64,000 bases of DNA from Gemmatimonadales bacterium. Lineage in GTDB: Bacteria > Gemmatimonadota > Gemmatimonadetes > Gemmatimonadales > GWC2-71-9. Shown here piece after piece: positions 8,800 through 18,520 of this stretch (the stretch's first letter is position 1; each line of letters begins with the position of its first letter). Where the stretch lies: the NCBI GenBank assembly GCA_035518815.1, contig DATIXG010000072.1, forward strand, positions 119,348-183,347, written 5' to 3'. The notes beneath the pieces were generated by a model, which saw only the letters and a list, made by a program, of their open reading frames with translations, was not told where the DNA came from and did no database searches. The translations under genes and the position numbers were made by a program.

Positions 8800-10599
8800 A
8801 TGCGCCAAGCCTTCATCCGCAACTTCTGCATTGTCGCCCACATCGACCACGGGAAGTCCACGCTGGCCGACCGTTTGATCGAGCTCACCGGGACCCTCGA
8901 CAAGCGGTTAATGCGCGAGCAGGTGCTGGACACGATGGATCTCGAGCGTGAGCGCGGGATCACGATCAAGCTCAACGCCGTGCGGATGAGCTATCACGGA
9001 CGTGATGGCCAGCTGTACGAGCTGCACCTGATCGACACCCCGGGCCACGTCGACTTCACGTACGAAGTGTCGCGCTCCCTCGCGGCGTGCGAGGGCGCCA
9101 TTCTCGTCGTGGATGCGTCTCAAGGAGTGCAGGCGCAGACCATCTCGAACCTCTTCCTCGCCCTGGATGCCGGCCTCGAGATCATTCCGGTGCTGAACAA
9201 GATCGATCTCCCGGGCGCCGAGCCCGCCCGGCGGGCACAGGAGCTGCACGAACTGATCGGCGTGAAACCCGAAGACGTTCTGCTCATCTCGGCCAAGGAG
9301 GGCACGGGCGTCCCCGAAGTGCTCGAAGCGGTCGTGAGGCGGGTGCCGCCGCCGGCGGGAAAGGCGGATGCGCCGTTACGCGCCCTGATCTTCGACTCCT
9401 ACTACGACCGGTACCGCGGGGCGATTCCGAGCATCCGCGTAGTCGACGGGCGCCTCACGCCGGGAATGCGCATCGCGTTCGGGTCTCACAAGGACGACGT
9501 ATACGGGGTGGACGAGGTCGGCTACCTGCAGCTCGGCCACAAGCCCAGCGAGCAGCTCGAGGCCGGTGAGGTCGGGTATTTCGTGGCCAATGTTCGCGGC
9601 GTGCGCGACACGCGCCCTGGCGACACGGTGCTGGACGCCGACCATGCCGACATGCCGCTGCTCCCGGGCTACCGCGACATCAAATCCATGGTATTCGCCG
9701 GGCTCTATCCCACGGACGCGAACCAGTTCGAGGAGCTGCGGGACGCGCTCGAGAAGCTTCAGCTCAATGACGCCTCGCTGCACTACGAGCCCGAATCGTC
9801 GGTCGCGCTTGGCTTCGGTTTCCGCTCCGGCTTTCTCGGTCTTCTTCACATGGAGATCGTGCGCGAACGCCTCGAGCGCGAGTTCGACCTCGACCTCATC
9901 AGCACCGTCCCGAACGTCGAGTATCAGGTGCACAAGACCGACGGGACCGTGGAAGCGATCGAGAACCCGAGCCGCATGCCGCATGGCTCGGCGATCGACC
10001 GCATCGAGGAGCCGTTCGTGAAGGCGCGTATCCTCGCGCCGGCCGAATACATCGGGGCGATGATGAAGCTCGGCCAGGAACGACGCGGTGTGTACCAGGG
10101 TATGCATTACGTCTCAACGACGCGCGTCGAGTTCAGCTGGGAGTTCCCGCTCGCCGAGATCATCCTGGACTTCTACGACAAGCTGAAGACCATCAGCCGC
10201 GGGTACGCGTCGCTCGACTACGAGTTCCTCGAATACCGGACCTCGGACCTCGTGAAGCTGGACATGCTGCTCAACGGCGACGTGGTCGACGCGTTCAGCG
10301 TCATCATCCACCGGGACAAGGCCTTTGAGTGGGGCAAGAAGATCGCGGAGAAGCTGAAAGAGCTGATTCCGCGACAGCTGTTCGAGGTCGTGGTGCAAGC
10401 GGCGATCGGGACGAAGGTGATCGCACGGGAAACCATCCGGCCGCTGCGCAAGAACGTGACGGCCAAGTGCTACGGAGGCGACGTCACCCGCAAGCGGAAG
10501 CTGCTCGAGAAACAGAAAGAGGGAAAGAAGCGCATGAAGCAAGTGGGAGCCGTGGAGATTCCACAGGAAGCCTTCCTCGCGGTGCTACAAGTTGACTAG
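8800..10599 (+). CDS. lepA: Elongation factor 4 (LepA)
   Basis: ORF 8731..10599. Conserved start [26 protein letters not shown] at ATG 8800 gives 599 aa, the standard LepA length. C-terminal [22 protein letters not shown] motif present. Confidence 0.95.
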   Translation: MRQAFIRNFCIVAHIDHGKSTLADRLIELTGTLDKRLMREQVLDTMDLERERGITIKLNAVRMSYHGRDGQLYELHLIDTPGHVDFTYEVSRSLAACEGAILVVDASQGVQAQTISNLFLALDAGLEIIPVLNKIDLPGAEPARRAQELHELIGVKPEDVLLISAKEGTGVPEVLEAVVRRVPPPAGKADAPLRALIFDSYYDRYRGAIPSIRVVDGRLTPGMRIAFGSHKDDVYGVDEVGYLQLGHKPSEQLEAGEVGYFVANVRGVRDTRPGDTVLDADHADMPLLPGYRDIKSMVFAGLYPTDANQFEELRDALEKLQLNDASLHYEPESSVALGFGFRSGFLGLLHMEIVRERLEREFDLDLISTVPNVEYQVHKTDGTVEAIENPSRMPHGSAIDRIEEPFVKARILAPAEYIGAMMKLGQERRGVYQGMHYVSTTRVEFSWEFPLAEIILDFYDKLKTISRGYASLDYEFLEYRTSDLVKLDMLLNGDVVDAFSVIIHRDKAFEWGKKIAEKLKELIPRQLFEVVVQAAIGTKVIARETIRPLRKNVTAKCYGGDVTRKRKLLEKQKEGKKRMKQVGAVEIPQEAFLAVLQVD

Positions 10600-11476
10600 A
10601 CATCGCTCGCTCGGCGCGGCGCTCCTCGCCCTGGGCGCCGGGACCGCGTGCTGGAGCTACAACTACACGAGCCCGCTCGGGCCGCGCTATGCCTCGAGCG
10701 TCGCCCCCGCTCCCACCGCCGCCGCGCGCGGCGCTGACGAGGTGGTGCGCATCGTGACGTTCAACGTGCAGTACGCGCGCCAGGCCGACCGGGCCATCGC
10801 CCTGATCGAATCGACGCCGGAGCTGCGCGATGCGGACGTCATCACGCTGCAGGAAATGGACGCCGCAGCCACCCGTCACATCGCGGACGCCCTCCACATG
10901 GGGTACGTGTACTATCCGGCGAGCATCGCGCGGAAGACACGCCGGGACTTCGGCAACGCGATCCTCTCACGCTGGCCCATGATGGCGGACCGCAAGATCG
11001 TGTTGCCCCACCACGCCCGGTTGGAAGGCACGCAGCGGATCGCGACCGCGGCAACGATTGTGGTGAAGGGGCTCCCGCTCCGTGTCTACAGTGTCCACCT
11101 CGCGACCATGGTCGAGCTCGGTCCTGGTTCACGCCGGGAGCAGGTGCGCGCTGTCCTCGCCGACGCCGCCGAATACCCGCGCGTCGTGGTCAGCGGCGAC
11201 ATGAACAGCAGCTCGATCGGCGAGGAGTTCGAACAGGCCGGCTTCCACTGGGTCACAGCGCACAATCCGCACACGCACCACTTCTGGACGTTCGACCATG
11301 TGTTCCTCAAAGGCCTCGAGCCGTTCAGCGGCGGCGCCACTGGCGTCGTGCGCGACGCGCGCGGGGCCAGCGACCATCGCCCGGTCTGGGCGGTGGCCGT
11401 ACTGCCGCGAGCTGCCGTCCCCGAGCAGCTGGGCGGCCTTGCCGCACCCTCGCAGCAGCCTCACACCACGCAGTAG
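10592..11476 (+). CDS. Endonuclease/exonuclease/phosphatase (EEP) family protein, probably exported
   Basis: 294 aa. TTG start overlapping the lepA stop. Contains [16 protein letters not shown] and the terminal ASDHRPVWA motif of the EEP fold. Confidence 0.75.
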   Translation: MTRHRSLGAALLALGAGTACWSYNYTSPLGPRYASSVAPAPTAAARGADEVVRIVTFNVQYARQADRAIALIESTPELRDADVITLQEMDAAATRHIADALHMGYVYYPASIARKTRRDFGNAILSRWPMMADRKIVLPHHARLEGTQRIATAATIVVKGLPLRVYSVHLATMVELGPGSRREQVRAVLADAAEYPRVVVSGDMNSSSIGEEFEQAGFHWVTAHNPHTHHFWTFDHVFLKGLEPFSGGATGVVRDARGASDHRPVWAVAVLPRAAVPEQLGGLAAPSQQPHTTQ

Positions 11477-11562
11477 TCGCCACCGGACCCCGGCGGCGAA
11501 CGGCCAGGGGTGAGCGGATAGCTACCGACCGGGCGCTCGGGCCGTCAGATTGAACGCTCGCC

Positions 11563-12576
11563 ATGGCCGACGCCGCGCTCGTCATCCAGACCGCTTTCTT
11601 GGGCGACGTCGTCCTCACAACGCCGCTCCTCGCCGCCCTGTCGCAACGCTATTCCGCCGTCGATGTCGTGACGACTCCAGCGGCTCTCCCGCTGCTCGAA
11701 ACGCACCCGGCGGTGCGGCACGCGGTGGCCTACGACAAGCGCGGCCAAGATCGAGGCGTGGCCGGGCTCGTGCGCATCGCGCGCACACTTCGCGCGGCCC
11801 GCTACGACATTGCCTACCTTCCCCACCGGTCGCTTCGTACCGCATTGCTCGCCCGCCTGGCCGGCGTGCCGCAACGCGTCGGGTTCGCGGACGGCTGGCG
11901 CCTGCTCTACACCGAAACGCGGCAGCGACCGCGAGAGGCGCACGAGGTAGATCGGCTGCTCGCGCTCATCGGAGCCCCGTCGGGAGCATTCGCGCCGCGG
12001 CTCTATCCGACAGCCGAAGATCAGTGCATCGTGGACGAAATGCTGAGAGCCGGCGGGATCGGGACGGCTTGCGTGGCGCTCGCCCCGGGGTCGATTTGGG
12101 GGACCAAGCGCTGGCCGTATTTTGGAGAGCTCGCGACCGAGCTGGCCCAGCAGTCGGCGATCGCCGTGGTGGGCGGGCCCGACGACGCCGAGCTTGGAGA
12201 CGCAATCCACGACGCCGTCACCCGATCGGGCGGCCGGGCGGTCAACGCCTGTGGGAAGCTCACGGTGCGGCAGTCGGCGGCCCTGCTTGGGCGCGCGCGG
12301 CTGCTCGTGACGAACGATAGCGCCCCGCAGCACCTCGCCACCGCCGTGGGCACGCCCGTCGTGGCCCTGTTCGGGCCGACGGTGGTCGAGTTCGGGTTCG
12401 GCCCCATCCGGGCGGGCGACGTCGCACTCGGGGTCGCCGGGTTAGCGTGCCGCCCGTGCTCGGCGCACGGACCGCGCGTCTGCCCGCTGGGGCATCATCG
12501 CTGCATGAAGGACCTGAGCGTCGCCAGCGTCCTGCAAGCCGTCGAGGAGGTCGATGCGCTACGTCGTCGGGATTGA
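11563..12576 (+). CDS. Glycosyltransferase family 9 (LPS heptosyltransferase-like)
   Basis: 337 aa. Contains VIQTAFLGDVVLTTPLL, GSIWGTKRWP and LVTNDSAPQHLA, GT9 heptosyltransferase motifs. Confidence 0.8.
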   Translation: MADAALVIQTAFLGDVVLTTPLLAALSQRYSAVDVVTTPAALPLLETHPAVRHAVAYDKRGQDRGVAGLVRIARTLRAARYDIAYLPHRSLRTALLARLAGVPQRVGFADGWRLLYTETRQRPREAHEVDRLLALIGAPSGAFAPRLYPTAEDQCIVDEMLRAGGIGTACVALAPGSIWGTKRWPYFGELATELAQQSAIAVVGGPDDAELGDAIHDAVTRSGGRAVNACGKLTVRQSAALLGRARLLVTNDSAPQHLATAVGTPVVALFGPTVVEFGFGPIRAGDVALGVAGLACRPCSAHGPRVCPLGHHRCMKDLSVASVLQAVEEVDALRRRD

Positions 12577-13552
12577 TCTCGGAGGAACGAACATCGTCGT
12601 CGGCACCGTCGCCGAGGACGGTTCGGAGCTTGTAGGACTCGTGTCGGAGCCGACCATGCCCGAGCAGGGCTCCGACGCGGTCGTGACGCGCATCGTGAAG
12701 CTCGCGCGGGCATCGCTCAAGCAGGCCGGCAAGCGCGAGGTCGTGGGCGCCGGGATCGGGTCTCCCGGACCGCTCGACACCGAGCGGGGCCTCGTGCTGC
12801 TCACCCCGAACCTGGGCTGGACCAACTTTCCTTTGCGCGAGCGCGTGGCGACCGCGCTCGAACTTCCCGCAACGCTGGATAACGACGCGAACTGTGCCGT
12901 GTTCGGCGAATGGTGGCGCGGGGCAGCGCGGGGGGTGAGTCACGTCGTCGGACTGACGATCGGCACCGGAATCGGCGGCGGCATCGTGCTGAACGGCGAG
13001 ATCTACCACGGGGCATCGGACATCGCCGGGGAAATCGGCCACATGACGGTCGATCTCACCGGGCGCCGCTGCAAGTGCGGTAACTACGGCTGTCTGGAAG
13101 CGTACGCGTCGGGGCCGGCGATCGCGGCTCGCGCGGTCGAGGGCGTCGAGGCGGGCGCCGACACGACGCTCCCGGACTACGTGCGCGGCGACCTCACGAA
13201 GATCACGGCGCAGGTGGTGTACGAGGCCGCGCACGATGGCGACGCGTACGCGCGCGAGGTCGTCCACGACACGGCCAAGATGCTGGGCGCGGGGGTGGCG
13301 AACATCATCAACATCTTCAATCCCGAGGTCGTGGTGATCTGCGGCGGCGTGACGCTCGCGGGCGATCAGGTGTTCGTGCCGCTGCGCGCCGAGGTAAAGC
13401 GCCGGGCGTTCAAGCCGGCGGCCAATGCCTGCCGCATCGTCCCAGGCGAGCTGACGGGAACGGCTGGCGTATACGGCGCCGCGGCGGTGTTCATGCGTCG
13501 GACCTGGGGCGGAGCGGGCGGGGGCGGGGGCGGCGGAGGCAAGCGGGCATGA
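12554..13552 (+). CDS. ROK family sugar kinase (glucokinase-like) with poly-Gly tail
   Basis: 332 aa. Contains VGIDLGGTNIVVG and the ROK zinc motif GHMTVDLTGRRCKCGNYGCLEAY. C-terminus is GGAGGGGGGGGKRA. Confidence 0.85.
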   Translation: MRYVVGIDLGGTNIVVGTVAEDGSELVGLVSEPTMPEQGSDAVVTRIVKLARASLKQAGKREVVGAGIGSPGPLDTERGLVLLTPNLGWTNFPLRERVATALELPATLDNDANCAVFGEWWRGAARGVSHVVGLTIGTGIGGGIVLNGEIYHGASDIAGEIGHMTVDLTGRRCKCGNYGCLEAYASGPAIAARAVEGVEAGADTTLPDYVRGDLTKITAQVVYEAAHDGDAYAREVVHDTAKMLGAGVANIINIFNPEVVVICGGVTLAGDQVFVPLRAEVKRRAFKPAANACRIVPGELTGTAGVYGAAAVFMRRTWGGAGGGGGGGGKRA

Positions 13553-14463
13553 AGCGGCTCGGCGTGATCGGCTCGATGGTCTGGGACACAATCTACGATC
13601 GCGACCCCGCACAGCGTGCGGTCGAGGAGTGGGGGGGGATCTCCTACTCGCTCGCGGCCCTGGATGCGACGCTGAGCCCTGAGTGGCAGATCGTCCCCCT
13701 CGTAAAGGTTGGGCGCGATCTCGCGGCGCAAGCCGGACAATTCCTCGGCGGGCTGCAGCACGTGGCCCCCCGCGCGCGATTCGCGGAAGTTCCGGCGGCC
13801 AACAATCGCGTCACGCTCCGATATGCCGATGGCGAGCGCCGCTGCGAGCAGATGACCGGAGGTGTCCCCCCCTGGACCTGGCCCGAGCTCGGGCCGATGG
13901 TGCGCGACCTCGACGCGATCTACGTCAACTTCATCTCCGGATACGAGCTGGACCTCGAGACCGCTCGGTTCCTGCGCCAGGGTTTTGATCGGTTCCTGTA
14001 TGCGGACCTGCACAGCCTCTTTCTCGGAAAGGAGTCCGACGGCACGCGGGTGCCGCGGCCGCTGCCCGACCCGCCCGCATGGTTCGGGTGCTTCGACGTC
14101 GTCCAGCTCAACGAGGACGAGCTCGCGCAGCTGGGCCCGGACCCGCTCGTGGTCGCGGCGGCTGCGCTGGCGCAGGGCTGCCAGACCCTGATCGTGACGC
14201 TCGGCGCCAGAGGTGCCGCCTACTTCACCGGTCGCCCGGTCCGCACCGCCCGCGTTCCGGTAGAGGCAGCAGCGCCGGCCACGGGGGGAGATCCGACAGG
14301 GTGCGGGGACGTCTTCGGAGCGTCCGTAGTGGCGGCATTGATCTCGGGAGCCGGACTGGACGAGGCCCTGCGTCTCGGCACGCGGATGGGGGCGCGCAAC
14401 GTGACGTACCGCGGCGCCAGCGGGTTGCGCGACCACCTGCTCGGCCGTCTTACGACGGTATGA
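13549..14463 (+). CDS. PfkB family carbohydrate kinase
   Basis: 304 aa. ATGA overlap with the ROK gene. C-terminal GDPTGCGDVFGASVVAAL motif of ribokinase/PfkB-type kinases. Confidence 0.75.
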   Translation: MKRLGVIGSMVWDTIYDRDPAQRAVEEWGGISYSLAALDATLSPEWQIVPLVKVGRDLAAQAGQFLGGLQHVAPRARFAEVPAANNRVTLRYADGERRCEQMTGGVPPWTWPELGPMVRDLDAIYVNFISGYELDLETARFLRQGFDRFLYADLHSLFLGKESDGTRVPRPLPDPPAWFGCFDVVQLNEDELAQLGPDPLVVAAAALAQGCQTLIVTLGARGAAYFTGRPVRTARVPVEAAAPATGGDPTGCGDVFGASVVAALISGAGLDEALRLGTRMGARNVTYRGASGLRDHLLGRLTTV

Positions 14464-15371
14464 CGCGGCTGGTCGAGGTGCCGTCCCAGCTCGACGACCG
14501 CTCGTTCGAGACCTTCACCAGCTCGTTCGCCGCGGCCGCGCAGAACGGCGAGCGGCTGTTATTCGACGCGCACGCGGCGGAGTGGGCGTCGCCCTACGGC
14601 CTCGTGGGCCTCCTCGTGGCCGGGCAGGCCGCGCGCCAGCGGAGCGGCCGCAGCGAGCCCCCGCTCCTCACGGCGCCGACGCATGCCGAGGTGTCGAGCT
14701 ACTGGGCGCGGGCCGGTTTCTTCCGCGAGGCCGCTGATCTCTTCGAGATTCACGGCCGCGTGCCCAAAGCCAAGCCGGCGGAGGAGAGCGACGTCCTCCT
14801 CGCGGTGACGCCGGTCCGCGCGGCCGAGGACGTTCACGAAGTGGTGAGCCGGATCCAGCAACGCGCGTCCGCGATCCTCGCATCGGAGCTGCAGCTCGAC
14901 CCCAAGGCGACGATGGGGTTCGCTATGGCGCTTTCGGAAGCGTGTCAGAATATTGTAGAGCACGCCGGAGTCGGTGGCTGGGTTGCGGTGCAGAGCTACC
15001 ACTGGCGGCGCACGCTCGCGCGGCGAGTGGTCGTGATTGCGGTCGGGGACGCGGGGATCGGGTTCCGTCAATCGCTCGAAGCAACGCAGGCGCGCCGATT
15101 CGGCGAGCGATGGAGCGACGCGGCGGCCCTGGAAGCAGCGCTGATTCAGGGCGTCAGCCGGTTTCGCGACCCAGGGCGCGGCCAGGGGTTGGCCGGCATC
15201 CGGCGCTACCTGGCCCGGTGGGACGGGAAAATCGCGATCCGCAGCGGGACCGCCCGTATTGCGATTGTGCCGAGCTGGGACGACGACGTCCCCCTGCGCG
15301 AGGGGTTGCCCAATTTTCCGGGGGCGCAGGTGCTCATCATCATTCCGGAGCAGGGGTCCGCGAAGCGGTGA
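14460..15371 (+). CDS. GHKL (HATPase_c-like) ATP-binding protein with unknown N-terminal domain
   Basis: In-frame part of ORF 14079..15371. ATG 14460 overlaps the PfkB stop (ATGA). N-box-like LSEACQNIVEHAG, G1-like VGDAGIGF and G2-like GRGQGLAGIRR resemble RsbW/SpoIIAB-type Bergerat-fold kinases. Confidence 0.7.
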   Translation: MTRLVEVPSQLDDRSFETFTSSFAAAAQNGERLLFDAHAAEWASPYGLVGLLVAGQAARQRSGRSEPPLLTAPTHAEVSSYWARAGFFREAADLFEIHGRVPKAKPAEESDVLLAVTPVRAAEDVHEVVSRIQQRASAILASELQLDPKATMGFAMALSEACQNIVEHAGVGGWVAVQSYHWRRTLARRVVVIAVGDAGIGFRQSLEATQARRFGERWSDAAALEAALIQGVSRFRDPGRGQGLAGIRRYLARWDGKIAIRSGTARIAIVPSWDDDVPLREGLPNFPGAQVLIIIPEQGSAKR

Positions 15372-15808
15372 TCCACAATATCGATCTCCAGACGGTGATG
15401 CAGGAGTCGGCGTCGCCGGTGTACATGGACCTCGTCACGCGACCCACGGGTCGCGTGGTGCGGGAGCGGATCGAGCGCGCGTTCGACGCCACGGGCGGCC
15501 CGACCGTCGCGCGGATGGACTTCCGCGGCGTCGGGTGCATGGATTACTCGTGCGCCGACGAGATCGTGGCGCGCCTGCTGCGCGAGCGCCCTGCCGTACT
15601 GCTGCTCGTGGGACTCACCGACGGCCACCGGGAAGCGATCGAGCCGGTGTTGATCGGGCACAGGCTCGCCGTCCTGGTCGTCCAGGTCGACGGGACCCTC
15701 GACGGCCTGGGGACGCCGGAGGTCGCCGACGAGCTGCTCGAGCAGCTCGTGACGCGCGGCCTCGCCGATCGCCTCCCGGGAGGCATGGTCGCCCTCACCG
15801 CGCCGTGA
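15368..15808 (+). CDS. STAS-like DUF4325 domain protein
   Basis: In-frame part of ORF 14942..15808. GTG 15368 overlaps the upstream stop (GTGA). TRPTGRVVRERIERAFD...ARMDFRGVGCMDYSCADEIVARLL resembles the DUF4325 pattern. About 146 aa. Confidence 0.6.
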   Translation: MIHNIDLQTVMQESASPVYMDLVTRPTGRVVRERIERAFDATGGPTVARMDFRGVGCMDYSCADEIVARLLRERPAVLLLVGLTDGHREAIEPVLIGHRLAVLVVQVDGTLDGLGTPEVADELLEQLVTRGLADRLPGGMVALTAP

Positions 15809-15815
15809 GCCGGGC

Positions 15816-16970
15816 GTGAAGCGGCGGCCCCTCGGCCTCTCGACCCGCGCCATCCATGGCGAGCTCCGGACGCGCGCCGACTGGACGCCCGTCGCGACGC
15901 CGCTGAATCAGAGCAGCACATTCACGAATCCCGTGGGTTCGAGCGCCGAAGTCCTCTACACCCGCTACGGCAACAATCCCAACCAGCTCGCGATCGCGCA
16001 GCGGCTCGCCCTGCTCGAAGGCGCGGAAGCCGCCATCTTCGTGGCGAGCGGCATGGGGGCGATCGCCCTCGCCCATCTCGCCGTCCTGCGTCCCGGCGAC
16101 CATCTCGTCTCGAGCAAGCTGATCTACGGCGGGGTGCGCCGTCTGTTCACCGAGGAATTCGGTCGCCTTGGCATCGAAGTCAGCTTCGTGAACCCCCTCG
16201 AGTCCCGCGACTGGAAGCGCGCGATGCGCAAGACGACGCGGGCCGTGTTCGTGGAGACGCCGACCAATCCCCTGATCCGCGTGGTGGACCTGGAGCCGAT
16301 CGCCACCCTGTGCCAGACCGAGGGGTTGGCGCTCATCGTGGATTCGACGTTCGGGACACCGATCAACTTCCGGCCGCTCGAGCACGGCGCCGACGTGGTG
16401 GTGCACAGCGCCACCAAGTACCTGAACGGCCACACGGACGTGATCGCGGGCGCGGTCGCGGGCGCGGAGTCGGTGGTCGAGGAAGTGCGCCGCCTCATGC
16501 AGGTCTGGGGGCAGGCGCTCGACCCGATGGCCGCCTGGCTCATCGAGCGCGGCATGAAGACGCTGGCGGTCCGGGTGGAGCGGCAGAATGCCACGGGCGC
16601 GGCGGTCGCTGAGTGGTGCAGCAAGCAGCCGGCGTTCGCGGCCGTGCACTACCCTGGCCTGCCGTCGCACCCGGACCACGAGACGGCCAAGCGGCTGTTG
16701 AAGGGCTTTGGGGGTATGCTGGGCGTGGAGCTCAAGGACGCCGGCGCGGCCGAGCGATTTCTGCGGGCGCTCAGGCTGGCGATCCACGCACCCAGCCTGG
16801 GCGGTGTAGAAACGCTCGTGTCGGAGCCCCGGCTCACCTCCCACGCGGGGCTGACACCGGCGGAGCGGGCACAGGCTGGCATTCCGGACGGCTTCCTGAG
16901 ATTTTCCCTCGGACTGGAGGACGCCGACGACCTCATCGCCGACTTCGCCCAAGCCCTGGCGCAGCTGTAG
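15816..16970 (+). CDS. Cys/Met-metabolism PLP-dependent enzyme (cystathionine gamma-synthase/beta-lyase family)
   Basis: 384 aa. Contains YTRYGNNPN and SATKYLNGHTDVIAGAV (PLP lysine region). Confidence 0.85.
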   Translation: MKRRPLGLSTRAIHGELRTRADWTPVATPLNQSSTFTNPVGSSAEVLYTRYGNNPNQLAIAQRLALLEGAEAAIFVASGMGAIALAHLAVLRPGDHLVSSKLIYGGVRRLFTEEFGRLGIEVSFVNPLESRDWKRAMRKTTRAVFVETPTNPLIRVVDLEPIATLCQTEGLALIVDSTFGTPINFRPLEHGADVVVHSATKYLNGHTDVIAGAVAGAESVVEEVRRLMQVWGQALDPMAAWLIERGMKTLAVRVERQNATGAAVAEWCSKQPAFAAVHYPGLPSHPDHETAKRLLKGFGGMLGVELKDAGAAERFLRALRLAIHAPSLGGVETLVSEPRLTSHAGLTPAERAQAGIPDGFLRFSLGLEDADDLIADFAQALAQL

Positions 16971-17666
16971 GTGATCAAACTCACCAACGTCTTCAAGGCC
17001 TTCCCCAAGGGAGGCCTGGCCCTGAAGGACGTTTCCTTTCACATCGCCAAGGGCGAGTTTGCCTTCCTCACCGGCCACTCCGGCGCGGGCAAGTCCACGG
17101 TATTGCGCCTGGTCTACGCGGAGGAGCCCGTGACGAGCGGTGAAGTACGCGTCGCGGGGTTCAACGTCCAGCAGATCTCGCGACGGGACGTTCCGAAGCT
17201 GCGCCGCCGGCTGGGGATCGTGTTTCAGGACTTCCGCCTCCTCGAAGATCGCACCGCCGAGGAGAACGTTGCGTTCGCGCTCGAGGTGACCGGCGCCCGC
17301 CGCGCGACCATTCCGGCGCGCGTCACGCGTGTGCTCACCCAGGTCGGCCTTGCGGTAAAGGCGAAGGCCTATCCCCGGGAGCTGTCCGGGGGCGAGCAGC
17401 AGCGCGTCGCGATCGCGCGAGCGCTCGTGAACGAGCCGACGGTGCTGCTCGCCGACGAGCCCACCGGCAACCTCGATGAGCGCGCCACGCGCGGCGTGTT
17501 CCAGCTACTGCGCGACATCAACGCGAGCGGGACCGCCGTCGTGATGGCGACGCACGATCTGGACCTGGTGCGGCAGGCGCCGTATCGCGTGATCGAGCTA
17601 CAGGAAGGCGCGCTCGTGTACGACTCCGGCGTGGACGAGCCCCGCGACCAGGCGGCCACCACATGA
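16971..17666 (+). CDS. ftsE: Cell division ABC ATPase FtsE
   Basis: 231 aa. Contains GHSGAGKSTVLRL, LSGGEQQRVAIARAL and LLADEPTGNLD. Followed directly by ftsX. Confidence 0.9.
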   Translation: MIKLTNVFKAFPKGGLALKDVSFHIAKGEFAFLTGHSGAGKSTVLRLVYAEEPVTSGEVRVAGFNVQQISRRDVPKLRRRLGIVFQDFRLLEDRTAEENVAFALEVTGARRATIPARVTRVLTQVGLAVKAKAYPRELSGGEQQRVAIARALVNEPTVLLADEPTGNLDERATRGVFQLLRDINASGTAVVMATHDLDLVRQAPYRVIELQEGALVYDSGVDEPRDQAATT

Positions 17667-18520
17667 GCCTCGTGTTCCGGGAGGCCCTGCTGGCGTTCCG
17701 CCGAGCGCCGCTCCTGTCGGCGCTCTCGGTGACGACGATCGCGTTCTCCCTGTTCGTGGTCGGGCTGTTCGGGCTCGTGGCCGTGAACCTCGAGCAGGCG
17801 CTGCGGCAGGTGGCCGAGCGCGTCGAGATCGTCGCCTACCTGCTCCCGGGCACGCCGGTCGAGACGGTGACGATGGCCGTGAGCGACATCGCGACCTTCC
17901 CCGAAGTGCAATCGGCGACGTACGTAAGCGAGGACGAGGCGCTCACCCGGGCCCGCACGGAGCTCGTCGAGTTCCGGGACGTGCTGCGCGAGCTCGAGCG
18001 CAACCCCCTGCCGGCGTCGATCGAGCTGAAGCTCAAGCCCGGGTTCCGGGACGCGGAGCACGTGAACGACGTGGCGGAGCGGCTCAAGGGGTTCGGGTTC
18101 GTCGACGACGTGCGGTTCGGGCGCGATTGGGTGGAGAAGCTGGATCGCCTGCATCAGATCGCGGCCGCCGTTGGTCTCGTCGTCGGCGCGGCGTTCGCCG
18201 TTGTCGCGATCATCATCATCGGCACCACGATTCGCATGGCCGTGCTGCAGCGCAGCCGCGAGATCGCGATCATGCGCCTCGTGGGTGCGACCGACGGCTT
18301 CATTCGCAGCCCGTTCCTCGTGCAGGGCGCGATCAAGGGGATGCTGGGCGGGCTGGTCGCGATCGCCCTCTCCTACGCGGCGTACGCCCTGATCAACCGG
18401 TGGCTGATTCAGGCGTCGTTCTTCTCGCACCAGCAGGCGCTCGGGATCGTCGGCTTCGGAACGCTCATCGGACTCCTCGGCAGCGCGACGTCGGTCGGCC
18501 GGCACCTGCGCCGAGTGTGA
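17663..18520 (+). CDS. ftsX: Cell division permease-like protein FtsX
   Basis: 285 aa. ATGA overlap with ftsE. Four-TM FtsX topology with a periplasmic domain between TM1 and TM2. Contains REIAIMRLVGATDGFIR. Confidence 0.9.
   Translation: MSLVFREALLAFRRAPLLSALSVTTIAFSLFVVGLFGLVAVNLEQALRQVAERVEIVAYLLPGTPVETVTMAVSDIATFPEVQSATYVSEDEALTRARTELVEFRDVLRELERNPLPASIELKLKPGFRDAEHVNDVAERLKGFGFVDDVRFGRDWVEKLDRLHQIAAAVGLVVGAAFAVVAIIIIGTTIRMAVLQRSREIAIMRLVGATDGFIRSPFLVQGAIKGMLGGLVAIALSYAAYALINRWLIQASFFSHQQALGIVGFGTLIGLLGSATSVGRHLRRV

Noticed and set aside
8738-8800. TTG at 8800 as the rho start (381 aa)
   Set aside because: It would abut the divergent lepA ATG at 8800 and leave no promoter space. The added residues ([20 protein letters not shown]) do not resemble a Rho N-terminus.
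13495-13548. G-run tract (GGGGcggagcGGGcGGGGGcGGGGGcGGcGGAGG) as a G-quadruplex or slippage-prone phase-variation site at the ROK/PfkB junction
   Set aside because: It formally fits a G4 pattern, but such tracts are expected often in a ~70% GC genome. It encodes an in-frame poly-Gly tail and is not a pure homopolymer. Similar tracts occur in the FHA gene (around 35440-35465). There is no evidence of function.
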